Of a DNA stretch of 64,000 nucleotides, positions 41,286 to 54,642 are shown piece after piece. Made by a program: the position numbers and the translations under genes. The stretch's first letter is position 1. Each line of letters starts with the position of its first letter. Under the pieces are notes generated by a model. That model saw only the letters and a list, made by a program, of their open reading frames with translations. It made no database searches and was not told where the DNA came from. Source of the stretch: Sphagnum compactum. Lineage: Eukaryota. The stretch spans positions 29,688,213 through 29,752,212 of the forward strand of contig OZ234493.1 in assembly GCA_965153455.1 (NCBI GenBank). The letters are read 5' to 3'.

Positions 41286-43271
41286 ATGGGGGAAACTTTG
41301 AAAGGCTTCGAGCCAATATACGGGACGATACAAGGCCAGATCGAAGAAGCAACTTTCCAGGAGCAATATCCCTTTTTGTTTTGCCTGCGAGCGAAGGACG
41401 ATAGTCATCTGCAATTTTTCACAACGGATTTCCATTCCAACACATGGCTGGTAGAGAAGAGCATCGGGGAGCTCGAAGAACTGGTACAACTTTTCGTTAT
41501 CTTTTCTCAAATTTGACGGGGACAGCTCACAAGTCTGTTACTTCTCTGCGTCCTTCGTCCTTTAGTTGCTCAATTGAGCTCAATGTTGTGGCTATGGATA
41601 AGGGTTAGGTTGCATTCATTGGCACAAATTTTTGTTTGCACTGACAAGACATCCAAGAAATTCATGGTCCGTCCATGTCTTTGAAATTATAGATTTAAAA
41701 AATTAAACCTAGACCCTGAACAGTCTCGACATTGAAGGGATCCTCCACGGGCTTGACATCGAGTATGTTTTTTGCAGTCTGATCCATAGAACTTGGTGTG
41801 CTGTGAGGATTGCAGAGGTTTGATGTAGGGGTTGGCGAAAGTTGGGAAGACTTTATAGGGTACATGAGAGATGCATTTGCATCAGGGAATGTGAAGATGG
41901 TTCTGGGAGGCCCAATGGGCAGCCGAGGTGAGTTCTCTTCTTCACATTTTGTGCAACATTTCTGTGGAACACTTTCAACAACCTTTTCCATGTCAAAGAG
42001 TATATTATCATTTATGTCTATGTAATTGAATGCATGCAAAAAAATCTTCTCTATGCTATGGTTTGTTAGGTTAAAAATTTATGATTAAGGGATGTTCTGC
42101 ATAAAATTTCGTATGCAGGGGCGAATCTGTCACCTAGCATCTCAGGGGCGTGGTAATTTATGGATGCAACAGGTCATACATCTGCAAAGGTCAGAGCACA
42201 AAAAGTAAAGGGAACACCTCGAATTGACCTCAAGTTGAGCAAGCTTGAAGGGAATGCAGCCCATGACATCATGGGTGCAATTGTCAATAGTCTCTTCAAG
42301 GTCTTTCAAGCTTGCTCCAGTGCTCTCTCAGCAGGTCTTTTTTGTTCCCTCCTGGCTTGTTTGTCAGAATATGGCGACAATTTTATCCAATTGTAAACAC
42401 TTTCACAAAGCTCTTTCTAAGACCTGGTTTTGTGTGATAACTGGAACAGAGAATGCGCATGTTGCCTACTTATCTGCAGCCCTGGCAGATGAAAAGGTTT
42501 ACCTTCCTGCCACCTTAACTACATCAGTTTGTAGATAATCTCTTTTCCTGTTTTCCTGTTTCCATTCAACACTGTCATTTTGTGGTGCAGAAAGTGAATA
42601 TTTTAATTACTCACTCATTCAGTATCATGAGAATTGATCCATAGACCTAAACCTGCTGAAGTTTGATACAGAATATCAATGTGCAAAATCTCTTGCTGTG
42701 TCTGTAACTGTGTTTTTGTGGGGATGATATGTCATCTAGGCACGGGCAGACAGGATGCAAGAGCAAATTGACACTGCAATTTTTTCAGGAAGAAGGAAGC
42801 AGCGTGCAGCTCTCCCTCTGCCAGACCTCCCTCCCACTGGAACACCTTCTGGAGAGAAATTGCCTCTAAGGAATGCTACGTTGCCAACTGCTCAAACTGG
42901 TAAGGACGATTACATCCATTACTGTATGTCAGCAAGAAAAGTACTTTCCTCGCACATGCAACATTTGAGTGAGTAGAGAACAGTATTCACCCTGAGAGCT
43001 CCAAGAACTAATAAGTCTGGTGCTGATAGCCTCCTTATGGATATAGTTTATTACAGTTGATAGTTGCCAATTTTGTGTTCATGTCTTCCATTCTCTCTTA
43101 AGTTTTGGCCAACTCTCTGCTGTAGGGATTCCAGAAGCTGGCAAAGCTGAGAAAGTGGTCAGCAAGCATGCACATTTAGGTCCTAGAGTTTATGCTGCTC
43201 CTTCAGCAAGAAGAGGGAGGCGAATGGGAACTGTCATTTCCACAGGAGAAGTTGATGATGACAAGATATGA
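41286..43271 (+). CDS. PAXX: Plant PAXX-like (XRCC4/XLF superfamily) non-homologous end-joining factor, ~275 aa, 6 exons
   Basis: Exons 41286-41483, 41816-41927, 42173-42334, 42450-42496, 42740-42899, 43126-43271. Motifs FEPIYG, TDFHSNTW, DVGVGESWEDFIGY, NVKMVLGG and AQKVKGTPRIDLKL match the At5g64010 family (often annotated 'U2 snRNP auxiliary factor-like'). A coiled coil and a basic tail RVYAAPSARRGRRMG follow. Confidence 0.8.
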
Positions 43272-45454
43272 TTGTCAGGTGCCAGAAACATATCATATCC
43301 AAGACATTAACATTTATGATGATTTGCAGCTTTGTGTGGTAAACATCAGTTCTATTGCTTGACTTGCTTTGACATACCTAGGCACTCATATGCCAATTCT
43401 ACACTGAGACCACCACAAACTAGAGCAACATCTTGCAGACACAACATGTGTTTGTGTACTGTAAAACACACCTTGTGCCAAAATGTCCATAAACAAGTCA
43501 AGCAATGTTGTGGGGTTGGAGTAGGTGGTCTTGGGGGGGGAGATGAGAAGAGGGAGCCTTCCTCAACCCTATAGAAAATAGTCACACTGTTTCAGGTTAC
43601 CGTCTAAGGGATTAGAACATGGGAGAAAAAAGAAACTGTAGAGCACCAGGTTGATATTATCAGGGTAAGTCACTATTCCTGAATTTGGAATGCATTTGAT
43701 GCAAACCAGATAACATGTAATGCCAGATGACATCCAGCAAGTTGATGAGAACCTTACGGTTGTCCAAAGGGGGGGAGTGCCTGTCAAGTCAGATTGCTAT
43801 GCAATTGGTTTTGTTGTACTTTGGGCATTAATGAAAAATGTGGAAGGTGGGCTCAGCTTTGCGTGAGATTTGTATGTTTGTAGATGTCCACAAGACTTGC
43901 TGAAATTAAAAGTTCTTTGATATTAAGCTGATGGGGAAATATAACATGCCCCTGACCCTTCAAAATTGCAGTGTCCATTGTAATGATAGCCTTCAGTGTG
44001 ATTGTGATACGATTGCTAGAGGGTGAATGCAGGTACACTTACAGATTACTTTGTAGAGTTCAGGTAGACCAAGAGCACTTTTTAATGCAATATCAAGTAA
44101 TTTGAGGGGTTGACTTTGGTGAAGTTCAGCCAATGCTTACCAGAGTCTGGGCAACCTTTCATCTTCCCCAGCCAGGTAGATTGAGTATTTTTCCAATGAA
44201 ATATCACATAATTTGAGGGGTTGAGGGTTGTTATTGTGGAATAAGAAGTGGCAAGCAGTGCTGTTGTAGGTGTTGTGAGTACAGCAAGTTTGTTGCCCAT
44301 TAAGGAGATGATCTTGTAGTTCTGGATGAAATGGCTGATGAAGAACAAGATTGTCATGTCTTGCCTCCACCTAAAAGCTGAATAATATGTGTCTGAACTC
44401 TGAACATTGGGATGTATAATATTGGGTAAGAGGGTGACAGTGGGAGTTCAGAAAGAGCTGGTTCAGTGGGAGTCAGCAGACTCTGAATGACGACATGGTA
44501 AGGATTTTTCAGTTCAAAAAGCTGTTGAACTTTGGACAGTTTTAGTTTTTTATTTACCTTGGGAAGCCACATTGGTTACAAAACATTGTGCTGGCCAAAC
44601 GGTTTGGGCAACAACACAAAAAAATGGATTTCAAATGTGGGTGGTGGCATATCAATGCTTCCCTCCAATGTGTAATTGAATGAAGACACATCAAGAATGA
44701 TATAGGACTCATGGACCCATTGGAATCTGAGTAACTATTGCACATTGCGATTCAAGGCTTTGTGGATTGTTCAGTTTGTGTGTAGGTAGCAAAATAGAGC
44801 AATGCACTTCACATAGTTTTCAATTTTTGGATATCATTCACTATTCAACAGTAGAAACTGAAAATTGAGCATCATGTAAGCAATGCAGATAAACCCCACA
44901 GACTTAGCTTCAATGTAAAAGTCCACATTAAATTACACATGTGATATCCACATTAGTTATATGGTTAACAACTTAACACTGGCACCTGTGGACTTGCATC
45001 ATCTTTTTGAGCACTGATCGACAGTTCATGTCATATTTTATCTTTTTACGACATTCATTTTTGCATTTTAGTTCTATGACTCTCAATGAAGCTAGTGCAT
45101 CAGCTATATAATATTGACTATCAGGCATAACTTCATTCTTGCATGTGCTTTGTGCAATTCTTGTATTCACATTGCAAAAATCACATGCAAGACTTCTCAT
45201 GCCTGATAATCAAATTTATAGCTTTGACAGTGAATACACTAAAGAAGGCTTGATTGTGTTGGAGGTTGGCAATTCTGATTTGTGAAGACATTGAAGGAAA
45301 GAAGTGGACAAGAAAATATTTCACTAGGGTAAACCGGCCAGTAACCGAACACTTAAGCGCTGAAGGCAGGCCGGATCCAAGGGGGAGAGCTCCATTGTTT
45401 TTGGTGTTAAAAAAAAACTTGAATCCCTGCTCTTGGCGCATTTGACACACTAAC

Positions 45455-45790
45455 AATCATTGAAAACGGATCAAAAATGAGAAAGTTATGGCCCCTCAAA
45501 GTAAAGGGGTCAAGAACTCAAAAAACAAACCATCAAACATTACAAAGGCCAGTTTTTGAACACTCAAAAAATTCCTTGAATGTTTCTCTGTTTCTATTAG
45601 AGTTCCAAGATAATTTGTAGAACTTCAAGTGGCTCTCTTAGAGCACTTTAAATCATTTAAAACGAATAAGAAATAAGAAAGTTATGAGGTTTGAAAGCAA
45701 GAGAGGTCCAAAGAGAGGGAAAAAAAAAAAAAAAAACGGCGTTTTGTAAGTTGAAAAGCCTATTTTTCTTCTTGATATTAATAAGTGTTT
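45455..45790. repeat. Dispersed repeat with internal direct repeat 'aat(g/a)agaaagttatg' and poly(A) run
   Basis: The motif occurs at ~45477 and ~45672, with a related 'atgaaagttatggctctc' at ~29731. An A-run lies at 45720-45736. Confidence 0.55.
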
Positions 45791-46364
45791 GGTCATAGAC
45801 AGGCAGCCCATGATGGGCCACTCTACCCTAAAGCAAAATCTGAACTGTAGTTCATTAATTCCTGTCACTTGCATGACTTTCAATGACACTGCGTTTGTAC
45901 ATGTGCATTGTGAATAGACGACACATATGTTACTTGTAGTATTTGAAGAAGGTACAAATACCACTGTTTAGGCCACATCACCAACTATGTGGTGTATGGT
46001 CAAGTATCACATCTCTAGTTGTTGTTCTATTCTAACTATAAATTTGACAGTTGCCTTTGATATGAGCAAAACTATAACAGTATAAAGATCAAGGAATTTA
46101 TTATTGGTTATGCAAAGCTCAAAAGCCAGGTCTTGGGACATTTTTAGGGCTATGGACTTGCAAAGTGGTAGACCACCCACATGCCTGCCTCTAGTTGCAC
46201 AAGCTCCAGGCAACAATAGCCCGACACTGAAGTCTTATGCCAATAGCAATGGCCCAACACATCAACACCAATGGCAATATTCCAATAGTAGCAACCTGTT
46301 ACCACCACAATGGTTTGGTTGTCAACTTACAATAGCATTTGTAGCTTCAGCCTTCAATGTATGA

Positions 46365-46600
46365 CTAAAAACCAGACTAAACCTGGGTCTGGTCTGGGTT
46401 AGTTAAGAACTGGACATTAACCAGGTCTGATTTCTTGAACTGGAACTAGAACCAGGACTTTTATGTTTTTGGAAGAACCAGACCCTGAACCAGGATGCCA
46501 GTTCCATTTATGTGTGGAAAACCAGAACCATTCTTATTTATTTTTAAGAACCAACACCAAAGGTTCTTCATAAAAGTAAAGAATCAATTAACCTGGTTAC
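46365..46600. repeat. gaacc(a/t)g-rich degenerate repeat
   Basis: Multiple gaaccag/gaactgg/aaccagg units. Confidence 0.55.
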
Positions 46601-48306
46601 TTTGTTACAAATTATTTTCTTAAATTAGTTTCTGTAGGTATTCTTAACTCACCCTAAACCTTTTTTACCTGGCTCGAATACACATATCCCCTTTTAGATA
46701 CCAATATTTCTAATACATGTGCAGGGTTATGCATAGGATATTATTTTTTGGAACTTCATAATTTAGGGTATGCCCTTCTTTAGGACTGTGTTGGTTTTGA
46801 GAAAATAGATTAGGTTAACTTATTTACCCTATTCATATTCAGTGGGTATATCTGGGCAGAAAATATACCCACAGAACAAGGCTGGCACCTCTTTCCGTTA
46901 AGAATGTTGAACCATATAGCAACATATATTTAAGGAGGATACGCATCTTCAGCATTGATCTATTCAGATCCATTGTCAAATTTGGAAGATTATAACATCT
47001 AGATGCACTGGTTCTCCCTCATCCTGCCTCCACACAATTCCTCAGTGGCTATTCCAATTGTATGATGAACCTAATGGGTCTCAAGGAGGATAATAGTGTG
47101 TGGATTTACTTTCACTATTTTGTTTCCAAAAGAAGGTAAAATACATATGCGTTGGGTGGCTTGGACATTTGTAGCTGGATTAAACAATCACACAGTGGTA
47201 CTTTGGTATGCATCAACAAATGGGCTCCCCAGTGCACACCCTTCCCTTCCCTGGAAATGGGTCACCAAAATGGAACCTCATGTTGAATCTTGGGCCTGCT
47301 GCTTATGTCATTCAGTAGTCCACCCTACATGTTGCTTAATTGCCCTACTTCTAGACCACTAGAACACTTGCCAACCTTCTTACACTCCCTTTCTATTCAT
47401 TTGGGATGGCCAATCACCAACATCATGTGACCTACTTCCTCTCAACAAAGGCAACATGATCTAAACCCTTGAACATAGAGTTAGCTGGCTTCTGAAACCA
47501 TGATCCCCAGGAAATCAATCACCATTTTGACACAGTCTTCACACCTGAACGCATCCTTGCACTTCACATAAAGTTCATTGCCCTATGCATGACATGACAA
47601 ATACCTACAAATCCATCTGGGCAACAAATTGACATTGTACTCAGTACTTAGGCAAAACCCCCTTCTTAGCCCACCAAAATACACAACAAGTGTTTTGTAG
47701 TTGCATCTTGTACAATAACATCCCATTAAGGAAGGTCCTATGTCTGACAAGGAGATGGGCAAACCACAGTCATTTTATAACATTATACTAATGGCATACA
47801 ATTCAAGCAAGTCATCAGAAAATAGAATCTGTCACAAAGGACAACATGGCCATTGTTGACAAATCACTTCACCGCCACAGAAAAGGATATAAAACTGATA
47901 AAAAGCAATCAGCTTGTTTGGTCCTTCTGGAGATCCTACATGACATCTCAGTGTGCAAGTACATGTTTTGTATGACCATGGCAGTTTTCTAACTTTGGTC
48001 GATTGAGGAAATGGCAAAAGGGATGAACATGACATGTATAAACCAACATGAAACAAAACCCTCCTTGCACTGATGGAGCAAAGCTCATTAACTCAAACTG
48101 CAAAACAAAAATGTCCTGACCATAGGTCTAGTATAATTGTGTTGAATTTAAAATGGACTACCCTACAAAACTGCAATGCTCCAGCCCACCATTTCAGGGC
48201 CAGATGTGCTCAACAGAAAAAGAAGCTTCAAAGAGAAGCAGCCGCATTTTTTCTCCACAGAAAAAGAACCACGTGATGTCTAAAGCCTAACTGTTACTAT
48301 GTGTAG

Positions 48307-51032
48307 CTACTGGAAAATGCTACTCACAGAACTGTCATCATATACTCGCCAGATGGTTTCACCAAGAAGATTGGCCACAGACAGAACAGTCAGTTGTGGA
48401 AAGTAGTTTTGCTCCTTCACAGGAATAGTGTTTGTGACAATCACTTCCTGGAAGAGACCTCCAGAGAGTCGCTCAATTGCAGGTGGGCTTCAAACATGAA
48501 CAAACTGTAGTGTCAGATGATTGTCTGGAATTGTAAATATCTACATGATTTCAAAACAAGTAAAGACATCAAGTGAGTTCAAGGTTCAATATTGTGGCTC
48601 AAACACCATACTCAAAAGGAAGTCATTTTGCAGCAACATCTTCAGCAAACATTGGATTTAAGAACCTAGAACCCAATTGGCAGTTGGATCAGCTCAAACA
48701 TACCTGAAAACAGCATGTGTACAGCAGGCATATACTTCTCGGGCACCTTCTTGATGAAGAAGGGCAGCACTGTTTGCAATGGTACCTGCAGTATCAAACA
48801 TCAGTGCGTAGAAATATGATTCACTTGCACACCCAGGCACAGGTTCTAAATGGAAACATATGGAAAAGAATGATTATTCCAACAACACCTGCTCAAGCAT
48901 ACCTGCAGTGTCAATCATATCATCAACCATAACTGCCACCTTGCCTCGCACATCACCAATTAAATTCATCACCTGCCAGTACAGCCACTGGCATTAGCTT
49001 ACACAGAAACTAACAGCATGCACTTTAACTCCATTGCTGCTATTCTTGAACATTCTTCACATCAGAATTGACACGAACCATGGTATGAGATTTTGTTTGA
49101 GATGTACCTCAGAGATGTTATGACCATGCCGTCTCTTATCCACAATTGCAAGAGGGGCATCAGACAACTTCTTTGCAAAAGCACGGGCACGAGCCACTCC
49201 ACCCACATCAGGTGACACCACTACCAAGTCATCTGATGAGATCATCTTGCTCGCCAGATAGTCAAGAATCACAGGCTGAACCATGATAACAGCAGCAGAA
49301 GATCTAATATGTCAGAATCATCACTGACATGCAGATATGACCAATCACCTGCATAAACTGTGAGCTCTGTGTTGACAACCTTGACAATGTAGAGTGGTCA
49401 ATGAAAAATTAAGGCACATATATTCACTATTTGCTCTGGTATGAAATGCATGCCCCCTTACTTTTGGATGATTAGAAGTTTCTCATCTTTGAGTCCAGTC
49501 CCCAAACTGATGTTATAGGCCAGACACAACCTCTAGAGAACCATAGGACCACAAATACTGACCATGCCCTTCAACCATCAGCAAGTTATGAAGTGATAAA
49601 TCATATGACATGCTTAATTTTCCTGACTTACCTGACCATAAACGTGATCAACAGGTATGTCAAAGTATCCCATAGATTGTCCTGAATGCAGGTCACAGGC
49701 AAGCACACGATTGGCTCCAGCTTCTGTGATGAGATTGGCCACTAGTTTCGCAGCAATTGATTCTCGCCCTTGAGTCTGTTAACCACAGCATTTGGGAAAA
49801 TGTTATCAGCTTTGTTGTTAACAAGTTAAACCCCAGAACAACTGGTTGAAGGAGGAATATTCTGGGGGACTAATTTTCTTTGATGGTATATCAGAAGCAG
49901 GGAAAACCCAAAACACCTGGGTTTGGATTGAAGCATAACACCCAGCATCTGGACCAAAAAGAAAACCCTCTAAACCTTCAGCATACCATGAATAAACCTC
50001 AAGCTCATACAAATATGAAGCAGAACAAGCTTGCAAGATGGTTCTTTGTTTGTTTGAACAAATATCAACTCAGATGAAGATCTCACTCTGCGGTCAGCTC
50101 TTGCATAGCCGAAGTAAGGAATGACAGCGGTGATGGTCTTGGCAGAAGCTCGGCGGCAAGCATCAATCATTATCAATAGCTCCATCAGATTCTCGTTTGC
50201 AGGAGGGCATGTTGGTTGCACCAAGAAGACATCACAGCCCCGCACACTCTCTTGGAGTTGCACATAAATCTCCCCATCGGCAAAGCGTTTGATCTTTATC
50301 CCTCCAAGATTCAAGCCCATGTAGCACGCAATCTCCTGCATCATCAAAGGCATTGTGATAGGATATCGGTACCTGTCATGACATTCGCTGACGATGTCTC
50401 CACTTAGCACTTAGGGTGTGCAAATCACAGAAGGCTTTTTACCTGCGAGAGCTGTGGATTTGCAGTGCCTGAGAAGATCTTGAGACGGCTGCCGTTCGAA
50501 TGTAAATCCCCCATCCCCACATCCGCCAACGTCCTCGACGCTGCGCTGCCGTTCCATCCCGCGTGCTGCATCGCAAGTATTACAGGCTTTCCATTCCCCG
50601 AAACCGAGGGATTTGCCAACGAGTTCGCAACAGTACACCTCTGCACCGCAAAAATATACTGCCTTCACTCTCTACCTTTGCACGAATTCCGATACTGACA
50701 CAATCCACCGTTTCCACAAGTCCCCCAGATAAAGTTTCATGTTTTACTGGAGCATTTCAGCCCCAACACTAATCTACAAAATCGCACCAGAAAAAAGCAA
50801 GTAGGTCCAACAGGTGAGCAGCTTGAAATTCGTGACGAGAGAGAGAGAGAGAGGGAGAGAGAGAGAAAAGAGAACTGACTGGTTGCACAATTGATTTGAG
50901 TGACAAGCGGACGGCCGTCCGCACTGAAGTTGCGGCTGCCCAGCAATCTGCATTCTCGCCGTACACTGCCGACGACGCCTGGCTCAATGATGCTCCCACA
51001 TGCTCCAGCGCCCGCATCACCGTGATCGCCAT
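48307..51032 (-). CDS. PRS: Ribose-phosphate pyrophosphokinase (PRPP synthetase) class I, plastid-targeted, 8 exons
   Basis: Exons 51032-50880, 50640-50443, 50335-50087, 49775-49632, 49275-49108, 48972-48903, 48785-48704, 48487-48307. Motifs [81 protein letters not shown]; ends VSSIFQ*. Confidence 0.96.
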
Positions 51033-51541
51033 CTACAACAACGCAGCGGAAAGATGCGCCCTCCACGGAACAAAGAAAGAAAGCAGCGCGCAGGCGAAGT
51101 GATGACACTCGCCTTGACGTTGCTCAAACCCCTGGCTTCGCATACCCAGTGCACACTGTCTTTGTTGGAGTGGAGGGGTCCCCTTTTTGTATTGATTTGT
51201 TCGGGTCTTTAGAGACGCGACGCACCAGACGCAGAAAGGGTAGCCCCCTTCCGCCTCACCTGCACTTCACACTCGGGTAAGAGGCCCGAGGGATTTCCTA
51301 CGAGAGTTAGTAGTCTCGTGCTCCTCTGGAAACCCCTCGTTGTCGGGCCTTCCCCGCCGTAACGCGGGCATCAATAGCCGTAACGACAGTTAACAAAATT
51401 GGTCATTTTAACACCATGGGTTAACCAGCACCAACACTGGTACCATGGTAAAAACCCCAAAATCCATTTTAATTGATTCTAGATACAACAAATATATCCC
51501 TTAAGCAAACTAAATCAGGGTTGCTGAGTTCAAATCCAACA

Positions 51542-51579
51542 TTTTAGGGGGCTTAATATGGCCATTAAGCCCCCTAAAA
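51542..51579. repeat. Perfect 16 bp inverted repeat (hairpin)
   Basis: ttttagggggcttaat-atggcc-attaagccccctaaaa. Confidence 0.85.
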
Positions 51580-52212
51580 AATGAAGGTACCACCAATGTG
51601 AGTGCTGGTTCACCCTCGCCCGTTTTAACTATGTAGTTACAATGGTACTGTGTCCTGGCCATACCCCACTTGGTCTGATAAAGTATGCTCTCAGATTTCA
51701 CAGAGCAATGCCGTGGCGAAGACTTCAGAATTGCATGTTCATAGCTTGAGATTGTGTGTGGTGACTGAGTGTAACTTATTCCTCTTTAGTCACATAGAAG
51801 CCCGATGTCAATTTATCCTGAAGAAATGTGGTTAGTGGTCTAGAGTCTAAATGTCAGCAAAGCTCCACGATGGTGGAATTGACCATTTATGCATTTCAAA
51901 TTGATCCAAAAAGCCCAAACAATGTCAAATTTCAAACACTGTTCAGTTGGCAACTGAGTTTTCATAGTCAGGAAAAAAACACCTCTAACCTCTGAGCCTT
52001 TGAATATTTGGTTGTTGACAGGGAACTGCAGCACAGATATGCCAACAACCAAAAGGAAGGCATAATTGTAAAGCAGAAAAGTGCAAACATTGCAAATACC
52101 TGCTCATGTTTCTGTAGCATATTTGCCAGATACATTTGTAGAGTGTAGAAAACTTGCATGCATTCCATATTTTGAAAGGCATTCCGTGTCTTGAACACCT
52201 GTGGTTTTTTTT

Positions 52213-52281
52213 TTTTTCCTGTGATACCCGGTGGGTACTAGTTGGGTGCTAGTTGCATACCCACCATGTATCACAAGAAAA
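52213..52281. repeat. Short inverted-repeat (MITE-like) hairpin
   Basis: ttttcctgtgatacccggtgggta...tacccaccatgtatcacaagaaaa, flanked by T-rich and A-rich runs. Confidence 0.75.
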
Positions 52282-54642
52282 GAAATAAAAAATAAAAAGC
52301 AAGCGGTGATCTTTTATCGGATTCGAGCTTGTGTTTGGCTCCACCTCACGGGGCCCTTATTCCAATAAACTCCACCCCTCAAGCTTCACCCTACAAGTAA
52401 AGCGTCTAGAAATTTCCTAATGTATTTGAAGGGAACATATTATTTTTGTGAATATCCTTCCTAGAAAGGACGGTTCTTACTTCTTGCCTCTACTCCTTTC
52501 AGTGTAGGGTAAAGCCCAAGCTCAAGGGTATTGCCAAACTAAGGACATGTGCAAGGTGGGAGCTGAGCACGGATCCCGTAGTTTGGTAGTTTGGTAATGC
52601 CACACAGTCCCAAGGGATTTACTTGACAGAAAGATGACTGGTGAGAAATGTTTTATAGGCGTAAGGGCCGGGAGGGCCCCCAATCAAGCAAAAACAACAA
52701 TAACGACAATGATGGGGTGGGGAGCAAAGAAATGGAAGTGGGAGTGTGATATCTTTGTCAAAGCATAATTGCATGATCAAAGGCTTAATTTCACTTCCAT
52801 GGATTGTGAGGGAAATATTATGCGCCATAAAGATCATTGAACTCACAAAGATTTTTATGGCTAGGTCTTTATTAGTGGGAGAGATCTTACACTTAGGCCA
52901 AAGCATAAGATCCCTCCCACTGTGAATGAGTAAGTGTGAGAACTAAGAACCCTACACCTTGTGATCTACATGTGTTTAGTATAGGGTTGAAGGGCAACCC
53001 CTGCCTAGTAACAATCAAGGTAGGTTTATTTGAAAATGCAGGACTTACAAGAAGAAAATTCCTCAAAGCCAAGGATCTTCCCCGGAATATCTGTAGTGTA
53101 GGGTGATTCATTTTACACTACAGATATTCTGGAAGGTTGTGACAATTCATGATATTGTTTGTCTCGTGCTTTCTCTGAGGGGGGCGAAGACTAAAGATCA
53201 GGGCTGAGGAACAATCTCAACCTGTTGGATTCTGGACTTGGCTATGGCTATCACCTTGTCCTAGGCCCCTTACTTTAGGAATTACTCTAAACATATAATC
53301 TGACCATACAACTCATCACTGATAATGCTCCAAGGATTCTACTGTATGTTCAAGCTATAAGGATTTTAAGCGCAGATTCTGCCACTTTTCAGGCTTCTTA
53401 AATTGCAGATTTGGACCCTCTTCAGGGAAGTGCCAGTTTTTTGGAACAAAACACTATTTTCTGCAGAATTTGTCCTAAATAGTCTTCCCACCAGGGAGGC
53501 CACTCCCTAGCTGCATTCTGCATAGTGCAAATGCATGTAAATGGACCAAACACTATTAACCTAAAATCTTCGGTCCCTAATCCCACAGGTATAAAGACGG
53601 ACATTTTTAGGTTAAAAAGGTTTTGCCAAGAAAGGTTTAGGTCAAAGGAACGGCATGCACATGCTACACCTACACAGAACATGATTACCACGTACACAGA
53701 AATGTGATCACAATTTAGAAGTAAGCATGTAAGATCCATAATGCTCCAAAAACATTCAGTGCAGACCAGAGCACCAAGAGGTCATTACATTATGGGAACA
53801 TGATCACCTACAATCAGACTCCATGTGACTACTGCCCATGTATGATGCTACGACTTATAACATGCTTGATATAAAGCAATCATGTTTGGACCTGCTATGC
53901 TTGGTGGAAGGTAAGAACTATATCTGGTAAATGTAGGAAGTCTGGCGTCCTGGATTGTTACTGTTCAATTGATTGACCCTTGACTGATCTTTCCCATAAG
54001 GAAAAGCAGTGCCAAAGTGGCAAGGCTGCCATTTCTTAGCTACTCCTCTGATTTCTCCATCCAAGAATGAAAAGCATTGGCAGTTTAATCCTGTGATATG
54101 ACACTGCCACAATTGAAATCTACAGTGATCTGTTATGGATGTCACAAACATTGGTCTAGCACAAAATATGCAATACATAGAATACTAGCTGAACCCTTGC
54201 ATCAAGAACTAATTAGCTGGACAAATGAAGAAACGTGACAAAGACCGGGAAAAATAATAGAACATCATTACCAAACTAACCCAAAAAAATTTGGTACCAA
54301 ATGTATTACATCCTCTGTTCCAAGCTTTTTCTAGGTGAAGAACACAATCTACAGTATGCCCTGGAGCTGCATGTTCTGGAGGAGGTTGACCTTTGCAATA
54401 TCAGCAAAGAAATGGGTTAGATTATCAGAGACCAATGGGAACACTCAAGCATCTAGTTCAACCTTGTTAGTAATCAGGTGATTTCCTGATGACTCCCTAA
54501 CAGACCTCTTGCAACTCCTCCCAATGTTTTGAGTGGTGGATTGTCAAGCTTTGATAACGAAACAAATTGGTAAGAATTTGTATGATTTCTACCTAGCCTA
54601 GTAAGCAATTGCCTCACATGGGCTGTACACCAATTTACCTCC

